Source of the DNA: a virus
Reading direction: 5' to 3' (one strand)
Virus record (IMG/VR): IMGVR_UViG_3300049846_000568
Location: 81,809 to 145,808 of that record
DNA: 64,000 nt
The notes beneath the pieces were generated by a model that was given only the letters and a program-made list of their open reading frames with translations, made no database searches and was not told the DNA's origin. This document shows, piece after piece, positions 28,401 through 38,035 of this stretch. The stretch's first letter is position 1, and each line of letters starts with the position of its first letter. Both the position numbers and the translations under genes were made by a program.

Positions 28401-31400
28401 GGGGCCGTTCCGAAGTGACGCTTAAGAAATGGCATTACCTTGCCAAATCGACCCTGCCAACCCGAACCGGACATCGCCTCATACTTACCAGTAGCAACAT
28501 CCCCAATGAGGTCGTGGCTAAGTGCTCCACCCACATTAACAAAGTGTTGCATGGCAGCTTGAGTATTCTGAAGTGTACTGAACTTCGGGTTATAGCCGAT
28601 GAAGTTCGAGTAATCTAACTGAGTACCAAGAAGAGCTGCACGAGCCTCAATATACTGAACTCGCGAGATCATACCGCGACGTTTCATAGATTCTAGCTGC
28701 TGGCTCATATCGCCAATAGCGCGCTCGAATCCGCCTCTTTCATTATTGCCCAGAATACCCTTCATCGTGATTAGGTACTTCTGGAAGTCAGCGCGGAACT
28801 GATCCTCTCGTGTACTAATTGTTCCAGAAATACCAGGAACTGAAGTATCCCAGTAAGTCGAGCCCGGTTCGTTCTTAATGTGTCGATATACTAGGAGCTT
28901 CTGTGCGCGTCGTACAGATGTCTGCACCTCGCTAGACATAATAGAGGCGTCATCGAGGTGCTGCTCTGCTGTCAGCCTGGCAAACTCAATAAGCTGCGCT
29001 TGTGACTTGATATCGGCCAGATTATGAACTCCGGGAGCAATAATGCCGCCAGGAACACCTTTCCTTAAGTTGACGTTGAAGACTCCGCCATCTCCATCTT
29101 TTGTTCTGAATGGGGCTTCATTCTCCAGCTTACGTGGAATACCTCTAGCTCGAAATAGATCTGGGAACCTGTCAAATGCATTTGCCACTGCCTGCTGGTC
29201 AAACGCGACACGGCCAGCACTTCCCGTGGGCTGAGCAAGATCGTAGACAACACCCCTCTTAACGTCTAAGCGTAGACGCTTTCCCTTAGCCTCAATGGTC
29301 TCCCCAGAAAGGAGCCTGGAGAAGACGATTGGGTTATTGATATCCGTGTGACGATTACGGAAACGACCAAACCAACCAAAGACAGAGTCTGGCTGGTGAT
29401 CAGAAATGTTAAACGCAGACTTAAACCTCTCCCATCTTGTAGGCTGACGAGGGTTTCCATTTGCGTCTACTAATGGCGCAGAAATACGACCTAGATCACC
29501 CGCGGCAATCTTGACCTGATGAGCTTCAATTGTGTTGGCTACAGTAGAGATTGGACGGTACTTACCAGGAAGCACATGTTCCCTAAGCAGGCCATCCTGA
29601 CCCCACTTGAATGATGCTACGTTGCCCTTACTGCCACGAGCGGTGGCGCGAGTCCACATCAAGAAGTCTGGGTTGTCTGCGCCCTGCAAGAATGGCTGGT
29701 TGACGTTACCCGAGACGTACTGAATCATCGAGCGTTCACGCATATTGCGGAAGCCAGAATAACCAAGTGTCTTCAGTGGCATGAGGTGGATAAGGGGGAT
29801 CTGGAACTCGTCTGCCAGCTTATCGTTGAACTTGCGGATTCCCCTTCGAACAGAGTTGAAATCTAGCAGCTCACCATTGACGCTCTGATAGAGGCCGCCA
29901 ACATTGTAGCGACCCATCGAGGATACGGGGTCTCGTGCGCCCATCGTCTTGATAAGGCCACGAATCTCGTTTTCTCTCTTATCGGTTGTACGGAAATAGC
30001 CTTTATCTAGGGCCTCCTCCACGCCAACTGCCCTGTAACCAAGGAAGTTGTAACCGCCCTTATTCCAGGGTTTGCTAATTGCCTTCTTGGTAACAAGCTG
30101 GGCACGGAGTGCACCGAAGTTCCTGGGGTCTAGACCTATGCGCTTTAGGTGATCTTCCACCATAGCGTCGGAAACAACATCGCCAACATCATTACGCATG
30201 CGCAGACCGGTAAGCTCTGCGGTCTTACGTGTTAGGAATTTCTGACGCTCTGTAGAGAGGCCACCACTAAACATCTGATAGGGGAGTTTGCCCTTGCCGA
30301 GAATTGATTCACCCATACGGGGAACCGTCTCGTTATAGAATAGGTTCCACTCACCAACGATTCTGTCGTCAATACCTTTTCTTAAAGCGCGATCTTTGAA
30401 GAGGTGATCCACCCTTTCAATCGCATCCGGCATGTGCTTGATGAAGTTTTGGGGATCTTTAAGCTTGAGTTGGCCAGCGAGATATGCATAGATCTCCTGG
30501 TCACTATTCATCTGTAGTGACTTACCACCCACCTTAAATCGGCTTGTGATGTGTGTGCCGGTTATTGGAGCGTTAACTCCTACTACCTGATGGAATCTAG
30601 CGATAGCTTCTTCGTCTAGGCCAGCTTTACTTAGCTCCTGCCTCAACCTAGCGTTGTAGATGTCGTGAACTCTGTTTTGGTAGAATTCACCATTCTTCCA
30701 GGCAGGGTTTACCCTGCCATTTCGTAGAACTGGCTGACCGCCACTTAACCTGTCTAGCGAGCCAAGCAGTTCTTCAATTGGTGAGCCCCCGCCATACAGC
30801 GCTTCGTTAAGCGCTTTCTTTTCATCGGGGCTGGCATCACGGATGAATGCAGACCTACCCTTTGCGAGCATTGAGGAAAGAGCTTTTTGCTGAGCCTCAA
30901 TACTTGTGCTCGCCTCCCTCGCGGCCTGTATACCAGAATACATACCCTTGAAGGGACCGGGCAGGGCGTCAAATGGTGATGTCGGCATCTTCGTCAGAGC
31001 ACCGCCTAGGTTAAAGAAGATGCGAGCCTTCTCACCCCAAATCCGCGCCTTACTCATACCCTTGAACTGGGCCTTATCGATGGCCTCTCTTGTACCGTGT
31101 CGATACCAGTTTAGGAAGTCTACAACGCCGACCTGATTATCGTTGGCCACCTTAACGGCGGTGGCAAAAGCGCCAGTAGAACGACGCGAGAAGTTAATAG
31201 CACTGTTAGCCACTGTACCAAGATCGTGACCAACTTCCTGCAGCAGGTCGCGTACGCCGGTCACCTGCTGATAGGCTATTCGTTGCGACTTAGTCAACCT
31301 AGCAAGGTCGTCGCCATAGCTCAAGACTTGACGAAGACCCTGCGATGCCGCAGCCTGGCCCACGTCAAACGGGCTAAACATGAAGGCTGCGTTCTTGACG

Positions 31401-32110
31401 CTCTGGGTTACGAAGTCGGAAACAACGTCAACGGGGTTAAACCAATTAACCTTTTGGTCTTCTGATGGCTGACCGTTGAACAGTCGATCTGTGACGCCGC
31501 GCTGTGCTACATATGCCGCTGGTAGCTCGTAGGGGAGGCGGCGAGCTGACATGACAGCCTTCTGTCGCAGCTCATCTTTTAGGGTCCAGTCCGCAACACT
31601 GTCAATACCCTTTTTACCGTACCGGGCGGCTGCCTTCTTTTCTTCGTAGGTCTGATACCAGCCCTTAACGGTGATGAGTTCATCGTTTGGTGCACGACCA
31701 TCTGAAAGGACCTGCTTACCATAACGAATATTGCCCTGTGGGTCTTCCCAGAAGAGCTTGCCGGCATTCTCGGGGGAATATGCTTCTGCGTTTCGTACGA
31801 CACCCTGGAAGTCGTCAAGCAGATCGCGTAGCTGTCTCGCGTCCTTGATAAGGGCTGGAGCTACACCCTCCTCTTGCATCTTGACGAAGAGTTTAACGCC
31901 ACCCTTACGTACTGTCTGGCTTGCTACCGCAGTAGCTGCAAGGGTTGCGCCCGTAACAGCAAAAAAGCGTAGAACAGGATGGTCCTTAAGTGCGTTGGAG
32001 ATAACACCACCACTTGGGTTAGCTCCTTGCTGGACATCCTTGTCTACGCCTAGATTGCGACTGTTGACCCCAAAGCCTAAGTTATATGCTGGACCCTTAT
32101 CTTGGATCAT
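25481..32110 (-). CDS. Tape-measure-like / ejected internal virion protein
   Basis: 2209 aa directly after the tail chaperones; helical, G/A/R-rich, with several hydrophobic Gly/Ala segments. Confidence 0.6.
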   Translation of the reverse strand: MIQDKGPAYNLGFGVNSRNLGVDKDVQQGANPSGGVISNALKDHPVLRFFAVTGATLAATAVASQTVRKGGVKLFVKMQEEGVAPALIKDARQLRDLLDDFQGVVRNAEAYSPENAGKLFWEDPQGNIRYGKQVLSDGRAPNDELITVKGWYQTYEEKKAAARYGKKGIDSVADWTLKDELRQKAVMSARRLPYELPAAYVAQRGVTDRLFNGQPSEDQKVNWFNPVDVVSDFVTQSVKNAAFMFSPFDVGQAAASQGLRQVLSYGDDLARLTKSQRIAYQQVTGVRDLLQEVGHDLGTVANSAINFSRRSTGAFATAVKVANDNQVGVVDFLNWYRHGTREAIDKAQFKGMSKARIWGEKARIFFNLGGALTKMPTSPFDALPGPFKGMYSGIQAAREASTSIEAQQKALSSMLAKGRSAFIRDASPDEKKALNEALYGGGSPIEELLGSLDRLSGGQPVLRNGRVNPAWKNGEFYQNRVHDIYNARLRQELSKAGLDEEAIARFHQVVGVNAPITGTHITSRFKVGGKSLQMNSDQEIYAYLAGQLKLKDPQNFIKHMPDAIERVDHLFKDRALRKGIDDRIVGEWNLFYNETVPRMGESILGKGKLPYQMFSGGLSTERQKFLTRKTAELTGLRMRNDVGDVVSDAMVEDHLKRIGLDPRNFGALRAQLVTKKAISKPWNKGGYNFLGYRAVGVEEALDKGYFRTTDKRENEIRGLIKTMGARDPVSSMGRYNVGGLYQSVNGELLDFNSVRRGIRKFNDKLADEFQIPLIHLMPLKTLGYSGFRNMRERSMIQYVSGNVNQPFLQGADNPDFLMWTRATARGSKGNVASFKWGQDGLLREHVLPGKYRPISTVANTIEAHQVKIAAGDLGRISAPLVDANGNPRQPTRWERFKSAFNISDHQPDSVFGWFGRFRNRHTDINNPIVFSRLLSGETIEAKGKRLRLDVKRGVVYDLAQPTGSAGRVAFDQQAVANAFDRFPDLFRARGIPRKLENEAPFRTKDGDGGVFNVNLRKGVPGGIIAPGVHNLADIKSQAQLIEFARLTAEQHLDDASIMSSEVQTSVRRAQKLLVYRHIKNEPGSTYWDTSVPGISGTISTREDQFRADFQKYLITMKGILGNNERGGFERAIGDMSQQLESMKRRGMISRVQYIEARAALLGTQLDYSNFIGYNPKFSTLQNTQAAMQHFVNVGGALSHDLIGDVATGKYEAMSGSGWQGRFGKVMPFLKRHFGTAPYEYHGQEYDPFSGNIALVPTFATAYARNPKGAVASVLGMNTWSNRQAFSGSSILSGHLVDRLNKGFGFVGMSLDPTKYKSPMDMYARGLVGQRILPLVAAGTTAVALDRTVGGFANPKDAEGNRVYSPYFLGGLATGVAYGQAALAGVMPGGQTFEQKRDEIFKGEVPIRSGRWWPLGNTPWKGGRIEYFRPSWYRRLKSGYAYTDQAYGSPLERLAFGYDFSPLRPLDPYRFEREHYADRPYPASGEYFTGPWGPLRSALNATVGRVLKPQIKMHKQELEGGLSQYLPTGEQGAYFAPPGSPGAMSVIGGAAGGMTTVGATSGKSGIFLPASGSVSAAGAGMAISRANAGMSAAGRTPMATGRNISFGSISSTNAGYSAAAYSGAYGPVQAPGAMSPRVIGGAPPTSTRNLGYQSRQLGYELQEMAGIYGFAFGAVRESLGFGNQDLTTARPVLDSAGRAYGSTRGFWSLGLGGLGDVPSPLEGNFANIEFSEIIRRFIPRERSGTEFINPIRNQMGQQYPWLPNSNSGYYLDFSTGDPYTKISEGEMRLPGTGYERLHQLHSDRYGKYGIADIHKILGDVAPWSQEYRRIDRVVGNLEGSAAEQVQLTRDQVAAKAQEHEFTPYQHKYTIPTNTVQAIERGWEAFQHFDTPFNTKFMPNRTAVEDWERFNVYGATFPQWQNPIRDFFEPMLYKSTQRDPFQAALVLGGTGTLFGKTAQGKVIGAVAGAGLGFASSMIGKIQEAVTGRRYMPEFRRKEVALEEYTDILSYVKNTHLANMASTMGDMQAASEYKRRASSTLYGVDVYNAPVDQIAQAIPKRKREHFMAMAQAPEQERDRILSTAGRLERRALEAVWGRQVEARPDLDEYFEHHELPGPGSSLWHPNTNMDQVKVKMGQSMGLDMSQMGYYPQQVREANLVNPAYPSFNAVSRGGDVKSRLRDLMHGNGIHGDVQMIRTPYPGTRLEVNAGVY

Positions 32111-32128
32111 TCAGTCTCCTACTTACCC

Positions 32129-32782
32129 CTACAGACCTCCAAGTGCCTGATGGAGTTTAGCGGCAATTGGATCGTCAACTCTTGCTGCGCCGAACGAGCT
32201 AGATGCATCGGGATCTGCCTGCTTGCGCCTCATCTTCTCGAACTCCGCTTCCTGGATCTGCCTATCCTTTTCTGACATCTCTTCTGGATCGATGATCTCA
32301 AGCTGAAGTTCGATGTTTGGATCATAGATACTCTTCTTGATCTGGATAATCTGTTCTGCGATGGCGACCTTCTCTGCGAGTTGCGAGAAAGTCATATCAT
32401 CCAAATCCTGTACCGTAAGACAAAGTTCTGCGTGGCATGCGAGAACTACAGACTTCATAACATTGACCACGTCTTGTGCGTGATCCCTCTTTTCTTCAAA
32501 AATTGCTTTAGCCTTCTTTGGATTAGTAAAGGAGGAAACATCCAAAATCTCGTTGGCTAGAGCCGTAATTGTACCGGGACGCAGCTTGGGATTGTCGGGC
32601 CACACAACGGCGCAGCTAACAGCATATTCCTCAGCCTCTGCTGAAGACATGCCAGACACTAAGAGTTTGTTGTATTCGCCCAGTGTTAGTGGGCGAAACA
32701 CATACTCCTGCGTGCCAAAGGAGGCGGAATAGATTTCTCCATATGCCTCCTTTAACCGGGAGACAATCTCCTTAGTAGGCAT
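32129..32782 (-). CDS. Tail assembly chaperone (paralog 2)
   Basis: LKEAYGEIY...YVFRPLTLGEY motif shared with the upstream gene; position before the tape measure. Confidence 0.7.
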   Translation of the reverse strand: MPTKEIVSRLKEAYGEIYSASFGTQEYVFRPLTLGEYNKLLVSGMSSAEAEEYAVSCAVVWPDNPKLRPGTITALANEILDVSSFTNPKKAKAIFEEKRDHAQDVVNVMKSVVLACHAELCLTVQDLDDMTFSQLAEKVAIAEQIIQIKKSIYDPNIELQLEIIDPEEMSEKDRQIQEAEFEKMRRKQADPDASSSFGAARVDDPIAAKLHQALGGL

Positions 32783-33274
32783 TTACAGCTGTCGTACTTC
32801 CAGAGCCGTGAAACCGGAGGCCTCCATCACCTGCTGAGCGATTAGTGAGGGGGTACCAGCTAGGCCTGACTTCTTCTCCTTGCGATCATACTTGGGGAAG
32901 AGCATGCACAGCTCTGCAATTGCTTCCTCGTTGTACAGATTCGCACGGGCTGGACTTAGCTGACCGGAATCTACAAGATCCTCCATACGCTCAATGTGAG
33001 CGTTGTACTCGGGTCGAGTAAGCGGTCGCCAAATCACGTGCTTGTCAACAGTAATAGAGGTTACGTAGATATCGCCGTACTCTTCTTTCCAGTCGGTTAC
33101 GTCGCCAGCGGTTGGCCCGCCAGGCCAAAGCTCCTCGTCTGGGTCAAGAGATTCAACGGAAACGATATCTTCCTCGTCCTCTAGTTCATCTTCTACTGGA
33201 ACCTCGGGCTCCTCGTCCTTAACTGGCTCCTCTTCTTCGGGAACCTCGTCAAGCTTAATCTTCACATTAGCCAT
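32783..33274 (-). CDS. Tail assembly chaperone (paralog 1)
   Basis: Acidic N-terminus; WKEEYGDIY...VIWRPLTRPEY; C-terminal MEASGF. Confidence 0.7.
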   Translation of the reverse strand: MANVKIKLDEVPEEEEPVKDEEPEVPVEDELEDEEDIVSVESLDPDEELWPGGPTAGDVTDWKEEYGDIYVTSITVDKHVIWRPLTRPEYNAHIERMEDLVDSGQLSPARANLYNEEAIAELCMLFPKYDRKEKKSGLAGTPSLIAQQVMEASGFTALEVRQL

Positions 33275-33284
33275 TACTTACCAC

Positions 33285-34154
33285 CTATCTTGGAATCATA
33301 ATATCGCGAGCGATAAAACTATATACCTCTGAACATACAGTGCCATCTGGAGAATACTCTGCCTGTAGGCCTGTCAACTCCACATTGGAGAGAATGATTT
33401 GTGTCGATGAGTTATTCACACCACTATGAACAAGGCGCTCATTAACGTTCGTGAATGCCGCCGTATCTGTCTGATATCGCTGATAAACCTCGTTAAAGCG
33501 GTTTGACGGATCTGGCTTCAAGCTCATCGGCTGAATGCCGTACTCGATCAACAAGTTAAAGGGGGGATGGATGCTCCAAATTCGCTTCTGCTGCTCCTGG
33601 TCTTTCTGCTCAATGTGTCTGTCCCAGTATAGCGCAACATTCTGCTCATCGGTATCTAGACCACGAATTGGATGTAGTCCAGTTCTACTCTCCTTACGTG
33701 CAGTAGCGGCTTCAGCAATCATGTCTGTCAGTCTATTGGGGTATGTTGTAACAAGGCGGAAAACACCAGTGACAATACGCGTTCCCCTCATCATGGCGTC
33801 GTAGGTGTAGCTCCAGAAGCCGTACACCGGTGTCTTCTCCTGTTGTACCGAGAAAGACAGCTCAACAAATGGGGACTGATCTGGATCACTAACCGAAATG
33901 TTTTTTGCGCCCTCGATCATAATGCGAACATCTTGACCGGTAAAGTAGTAATCGAAGTAGGTTAGTGGATGTCGCTCGCCAGAATAGTTGCCCCAAATGA
34001 AGTCCTGTTCTGGGTCAAGATCCTGGAAGATGTTAACTTCTTGACGCTTCTTACGCGCCGCCTCAATAGCTAGCTGAAACTGACGATCAAGAACACTCTT
34101 TGTAGGACTCGCTGTCCACTTATCTAGTTCTCTTCTGTCGTCTGCGATACCCAT
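33285..34154 (-). CDS. Tail tube-like protein 3 (possible tube initiator)
   Basis: YFTGQDV, QEKTPVYG, RGTRIVTG, PPFNL, YSFIARD align with the tube paralogs. Confidence 0.7.
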   Translation of the reverse strand: MGIADDRRELDKWTASPTKSVLDRQFQLAIEAARKKRQEVNIFQDLDPEQDFIWGNYSGERHPLTYFDYYFTGQDVRIMIEGAKNISVSDPDQSPFVELSFSVQQEKTPVYGFWSYTYDAMMRGTRIVTGVFRLVTTYPNRLTDMIAEAATARKESRTGLHPIRGLDTDEQNVALYWDRHIEQKDQEQQKRIWSIHPPFNLLIEYGIQPMSLKPDPSNRFNEVYQRYQTDTAAFTNVNERLVHSGVNNSSTQIILSNVELTGLQAEYSPDGTVCSEVYSFIARDIMIPR

Positions 34155-34155
34155 A

Positions 34156-34905
34156 TTAACCTCTGAATGAGATTGTATTTGTTGTTGGCTTAAGCGTTAA
34201 GTAGGTTGGCTGATTACGCCACTCCTCAAAATCCTGAGGCGTATAATTGATAAGCGGCTGAATACCCCTAGCCATATAGGTGTATGTTTGCTCTGTGATT
34301 AAGTCATCAACAGACATTGTACCACCTTCGTCAACAATTGTTACGCCGAAGATTTTGAGCTTAGAAACAAGACCAAGTTCATTAGAGAAAGTCAAGATAA
34401 TGTCAAATGGAGGCAGCATATCTGCAAGAGGAAAGAGATTGTGCTTCATCATTTCCTTGAATTGCTGCAGGCGATAGAATGTGTATTCGTCAAACTGAGT
34501 GAAGATAAGACTTCCGGCGATTGTGCGCGGCCCCCTGACAAACCCTGCGGGGTTAACATTACCCAAGACTCGTACTGGACTGTTCTCCCTGTGGATTGAG
34601 TAGGAGATTGTCTGCAGCTCGCCAAGCGTGAGATCTGTCTTCTCGTTCGGAACCAGAATAGTTGCTACGATATCTGTACCAGCATAGGAGTTGTACAGAA
34701 CTGGGAAGCTCTCTCTAGGGCCGACTCTCTCGTTGGCCATTAAGACTTGGTTGACAGCGGAAAGATTTGAATACTTGCGATATCCAGCGTAAGTATTCTG
34801 CGTTACGTCGTTTTCAATGTCGGCTATACGCAGATCGCGCCAAATCTTGGGATCGTAGGGTATCGCGATTTCCTGATTCAGATCTTCACGACCTATTTCT
34901 GGCAT
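34156..34905 (-). CDS. Tail tube-like protein 2
   Basis: SYAGTDIV, ISYSIHRE, RGPRTIAGSLIFT, DMLPPFDI, TYTYMARG. Confidence 0.75.
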   Translation of the reverse strand: MPEIGREDLNQEIAIPYDPKIWRDLRIADIENDVTQNTYAGYRKYSNLSAVNQVLMANERVGPRESFPVLYNSYAGTDIVATILVPNEKTDLTLGELQTISYSIHRENSPVRVLGNVNPAGFVRGPRTIAGSLIFTQFDEYTFYRLQQFKEMMKHNLFPLADMLPPFDIILTFSNELGLVSKLKIFGVTIVDEGGTMSVDDLITEQTYTYMARGIQPLINYTPQDFEEWRNQPTYLTLKPTTNTISFRG

Positions 34906-34937
34906 CGTGCTCCTCGATTTATTGATTGTAGTTGATA

Positions 34938-34944
34938 TAGTAAC
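34938..34944 (-). promoter_or_regulatory. Putative late promoter motif GTTACTA
   Basis: RTTACTA found in five intergenic gaps about 30-50 nt upstream of start codons. Confidence 0.55.
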
Positions 34945-34952
34945 AGGAGAAC

Positions 34953-34984
34953 CAACAAACCCCCCGACAAGCGGGGGGCTGTTG
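34953..34984 (-). terminator. Rho-independent terminator after the major tail tube gene
   Basis: CCCCCCG-CTTGT-CGGGGGG hairpin followed by TTTGTT on the minus strand. Confidence 0.8.
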
Positions 34985-35011
34985 AATAAGTTAAGTTGTA
35001 ACTAGCTAAGA

Positions 35012-35692
35012 TTACGGGATGACGATCCTAGGTAGATCTGGATCAGCGTCCGAGAAGCCCGAGAAAGAGGCATCGCCGATACCACCATCGCGTGGCTGCT
35101 TAGTTGCGAACATTGGGCCTACGTCACGAGCCACGTATGTCATGGTCTCTTCGATTACGACGTCATCCATGGATGCGCCGGAGCCCTCGTTTAGAAGCTC
35201 TACGCCGTAGATGCTACGCATAGCTGCCTGGCCGTACTCGTTAGCAAACGTGATGGTCACATCAAATGGTGGAATCTGGTCTGCGTAGTATGGGAAGGCC
35301 TTTGCGATGTCACGTGTCTGGTACTGTACCGGGGTAATACCGCGGTGAGTTACGTTGCCATTAGTGTCGAAACCAGGCATAACGTTAGACGAACGAGTGA
35401 AGTACTTCACGGAATCGTCGTTCACGTGCTTCAACAGCATCTCATATAGGGCTGGACGGTCGAATGTGGTGAAGATCATAGATCCTGCGATACCACGCTT
35501 ACCACGAGAGAACGAACGGGGGTTCGGGGAACCCATCGTGTAAATGGGGGCCTTCTCACGTGTGATCGACCAGGTAATACCTGATAGTGTACCAACTGTA
35601 ACGCCACCAAACACGCAGACAATATCTGCACCGGAGAATGTGGTGTAGGTGTCTGTATATCTGCTTAGCGGCTGTGTCTGTGTTGCCGGCAT
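35012..35692 (-). CDS. Major tail tube protein
   Basis: Follows the sheath; strong GGAGGAG RBS; followed by a terminator; TFSGADIV, REKAPIYTMG, RGKRGIAGS, DQIPPFDV. Confidence 0.8.
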   Translation of the reverse strand: MPATQTQPLSRYTDTYTTFSGADIVCVFGGVTVGTLSGITWSITREKAPIYTMGSPNPRSFSRGKRGIAGSMIFTTFDRPALYEMLLKHVNDDSVKYFTRSSNVMPGFDTNGNVTHRGITPVQYQTRDIAKAFPYYADQIPPFDVTITFANEYGQAAMRSIYGVELLNEGSGASMDDVVIEETMTYVARDVGPMFATKQPRDGGIGDASFSGFSDADPDLPRIVIP

Positions 35693-35740
35693 TGCTCTCC
35701 TCCTCGCGCTTTATTGGCGCATCATTGGGTTAAGGTTAAA

Positions 35741-37027
35741 TTAAAGGTTAATGCTTACCTGAACTTCGATGTTGCGAAGTTCGAATGCTGGGGTTAGGAT
35801 CAGGTCGACCACAGCCTTAGCGTCCCGTGGGAAGTAGGTGACTGTGAAGTCGCTGGAGATCAGGGCCCCTAGCTTCTGCATGCCCATCAGGCCATTTGTA
35901 ATACCTGTCTCTAGAGCATTGCGGATCTCAATTGTTGCTGCCTCACCGATGAAGTTCTGGGCAACATTGCGAACAACCTGTACTGCGTCGTTCACGATAC
36001 GGACTGTGGTAAGTCTACGATACTGTGAAGTATCCTTGGCGAAGGTTAGGGCATCTACCCAAACAGCCTCGCGCTGGAAGTTCAGCGCTACAGGCACAAC
36101 ACCCTCATCGATCAGGTTCTGCTGCTGCGTCTTTGTTGGGACATAACGCAGAGCTGCGACGTTGAAGATACGCTTCATTGTGGGTGCTGACCACGAATCT
36201 AGCTGTGTGATATAGCCTGCGTACAAAGCTGCACCGTTTGACCAACCCCAGCTGTAGGTATCCTCGTAGCCTAGTGGCTTGACCTCTACACCAACGATTG
36301 AGATATATGGACCAACTGCGCCCATGCTGTCGTCATTACGATCTGCTAGGTTTGTGATTGCGCCGCCAATGTGAGACGAAACTGCAGATGGCGTCATACC
36401 ACCGGAGGTGTCAGCCTGCCCAGTCCATGGCTTGATGCCCATCACGGCAAAGCATGGGTGGGAGTTCTGAGTAATCGTCTTGCATTCTGTCGCTACCTTG
36501 AAAGCCCAGTTACGAGCTACGATCGCACTATTGTCTGCGTAGAAGCCAAACTCTGTTGTGCCAGGGGTGGCTGGTGTAGAGTGGTCATCCCAGTCATCTG
36601 AGCTTGAGCCACGACCCCATGGAACAACGATATCTGCCTGGGCTGCCTCTACAGCAGACCATGCATCGGCCCATAGGTCTGTACCACCACGGCCAGTATA
36701 TGCGGCCGAGCTAATTGTGCCCATAGTGTGATCAAAAACTGTGTCAGATGGCAGGGCAACAGCACTAATGCGTGTTGCGCCACCCGCTACAGCCTCTAGA
36801 TATCCACGAACGATGTCAGACTCTTCACCAAATACTGTTCCAAGTTCCTGCTCACTTGACACATTGTAGATGTCAAGGTCGTAAATCGCACGGCCAGAAC
36901 TATTTTCTGTGCCATCGGCGGTTGTGCGACGCCCGAGAATCAGAACCCTTGGCCCCTGTGGGACATCTGTTCTGGATACCGTATAGAAACGGTCCTTAAT
37001 TACAGTACTAACGCCTGGGAGTGCCAA
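35741..37027 (-). CDS. Tail sheath protein
   Basis: N-terminal MALPGV; C-terminal sheath domain (RRLTTVRIVND...FIGE...PAFELRNIEVQV); TTG start with GGAGG RBS. Confidence 0.9.
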   Translation of the reverse strand: MALPGVSTVIKDRFYTVSRTDVPQGPRVLILGRRTTADGTENSSGRAIYDLDIYNVSSEQELGTVFGEESDIVRGYLEAVAGGATRISAVALPSDTVFDHTMGTISSAAYTGRGGTDLWADAWSAVEAAQADIVVPWGRGSSSDDWDDHSTPATPGTTEFGFYADNSAIVARNWAFKVATECKTITQNSHPCFAVMGIKPWTGQADTSGGMTPSAVSSHIGGAITNLADRNDDSMGAVGPYISIVGVEVKPLGYEDTYSWGWSNGAALYAGYITQLDSWSAPTMKRIFNVAALRYVPTKTQQQNLIDEGVVPVALNFQREAVWVDALTFAKDTSQYRRLTTVRIVNDAVQVVRNVAQNFIGEAATIEIRNALETGITNGLMGMQKLGALISSDFTVTYFPRDAKAVVDLILTPAFELRNIEVQVSINL

Positions 37028-37071
37028 TTTGATTCCTCCATAGTTACTTGCAGAGATGCGATCTAGCTATT

Positions 37072-37078
37072 TAGTAAT
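37072..37078 (-). promoter_or_regulatory. Putative late promoter motif ATTACTA upstream of sheath
   Basis: Instance of the shared RTTACTA motif. Confidence 0.55.
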
Positions 37079-37146
37079 CGAAAGCTCTGGTCAATTGTAG
37101 TTTCAGGTCATATAATTCTTGATGGAGGGCAGATTCTTTACCATGT

Positions 37147-38034
37147 TTAGGTGTTTGGCGTGGCGTATTCGTCCTGAATGTCAACCTCAACATGGCCTAA
37201 CCAAACGGCGAGCCTTCCAACTCCGTCAGCTGTGATGCTAATAGCATCTCCTGCGGCACTTTGCAAGTAAAGCTTGTTTCCGTCGATGGCCGTAATCGTG
37301 TAGCGCCAACCATGGTGTAGGCCCTCTGGTAGTGGGTTGTCTAAATCTTCATGCACGACGACCTCTGCACCAACTGTCAGAGCGTGTGTCTGCACTACGA
37401 TATAGTCGGTGCCAGATGTGGCGGTGAAGACATCTCTAATAGATTCTAGGAACGTGCGGGCTCTAACCAAGATGGTATCAAATCTATCAACCGGAATCTG
37501 TCGAACCCTCTCAAGATGGATTCGGTAAACTACGGCTCTCTTGCATATATCTTCTGCGTCACGATTCTCGTCGCTATCAGATAGACGTCTTCCATACCAG
37601 ATATTCGAAATGCCCAACTTCTGTAGGACAGGTGTGATTTCCTCCATGAAGTCTTCGAAAAGCTCCATGATAGCTTCGGCTAGATCTGGTTCGTTCTCTG
37701 TAATGACCGTGAACGAAATAATGTGGTTGAATACCTGACCAACAACTCTATAAATCTGACCAGTCGTCTGATCCTTTACGAATTCACGATGTCTGCGCTT
37801 ATCGTCACTGTTTGCCGTCGTCTTGTTTTCAATGCCGTAAACGATACATGGATACTTGGCGAAATTCTTGCCCTGAGTTGGCAGAAGTGGAATGTCTGGC
37901 TGCCCCTCATTCCATAGTTCTTGGATGAGGGCGATCATCTCACGAAATGTTAGATTGCCACTTGCCCTAAGATGCTCCCAGTTGCGCAGAGGTGCTGCAA
38001 TCTCGTTCTTGGGCTGCGTGTAATACTCTGGCAT
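37147..38034 (-). CDS. Tail completion/terminator-like protein with C-terminal beta domain
   Basis: Immediately upstream of the sheath; YPCIVY...ISFTVITEN...A...FEDF pattern; ends DEYATPNT. Confidence 0.6.
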   Translation of the reverse strand: MPEYYTQPKNEIAAPLRNWEHLRASGNLTFREMIALIQELWNEGQPDIPLLPTQGKNFAKYPCIVYGIENKTTANSDDKRRHREFVKDQTTGQIYRVVGQVFNHIISFTVITENEPDLAEAIMELFEDFMEEITPVLQKLGISNIWYGRRLSDSDENRDAEDICKRAVVYRIHLERVRQIPVDRFDTILVRARTFLESIRDVFTATSGTDYIVVQTHALTVGAEVVVHEDLDNPLPEGLHHGWRYTITAIDGNKLYLQSAAGDAISITADGVGRLAVWLGHVEVDIQDEYATPNT

Positions 38035-38035
38035 G

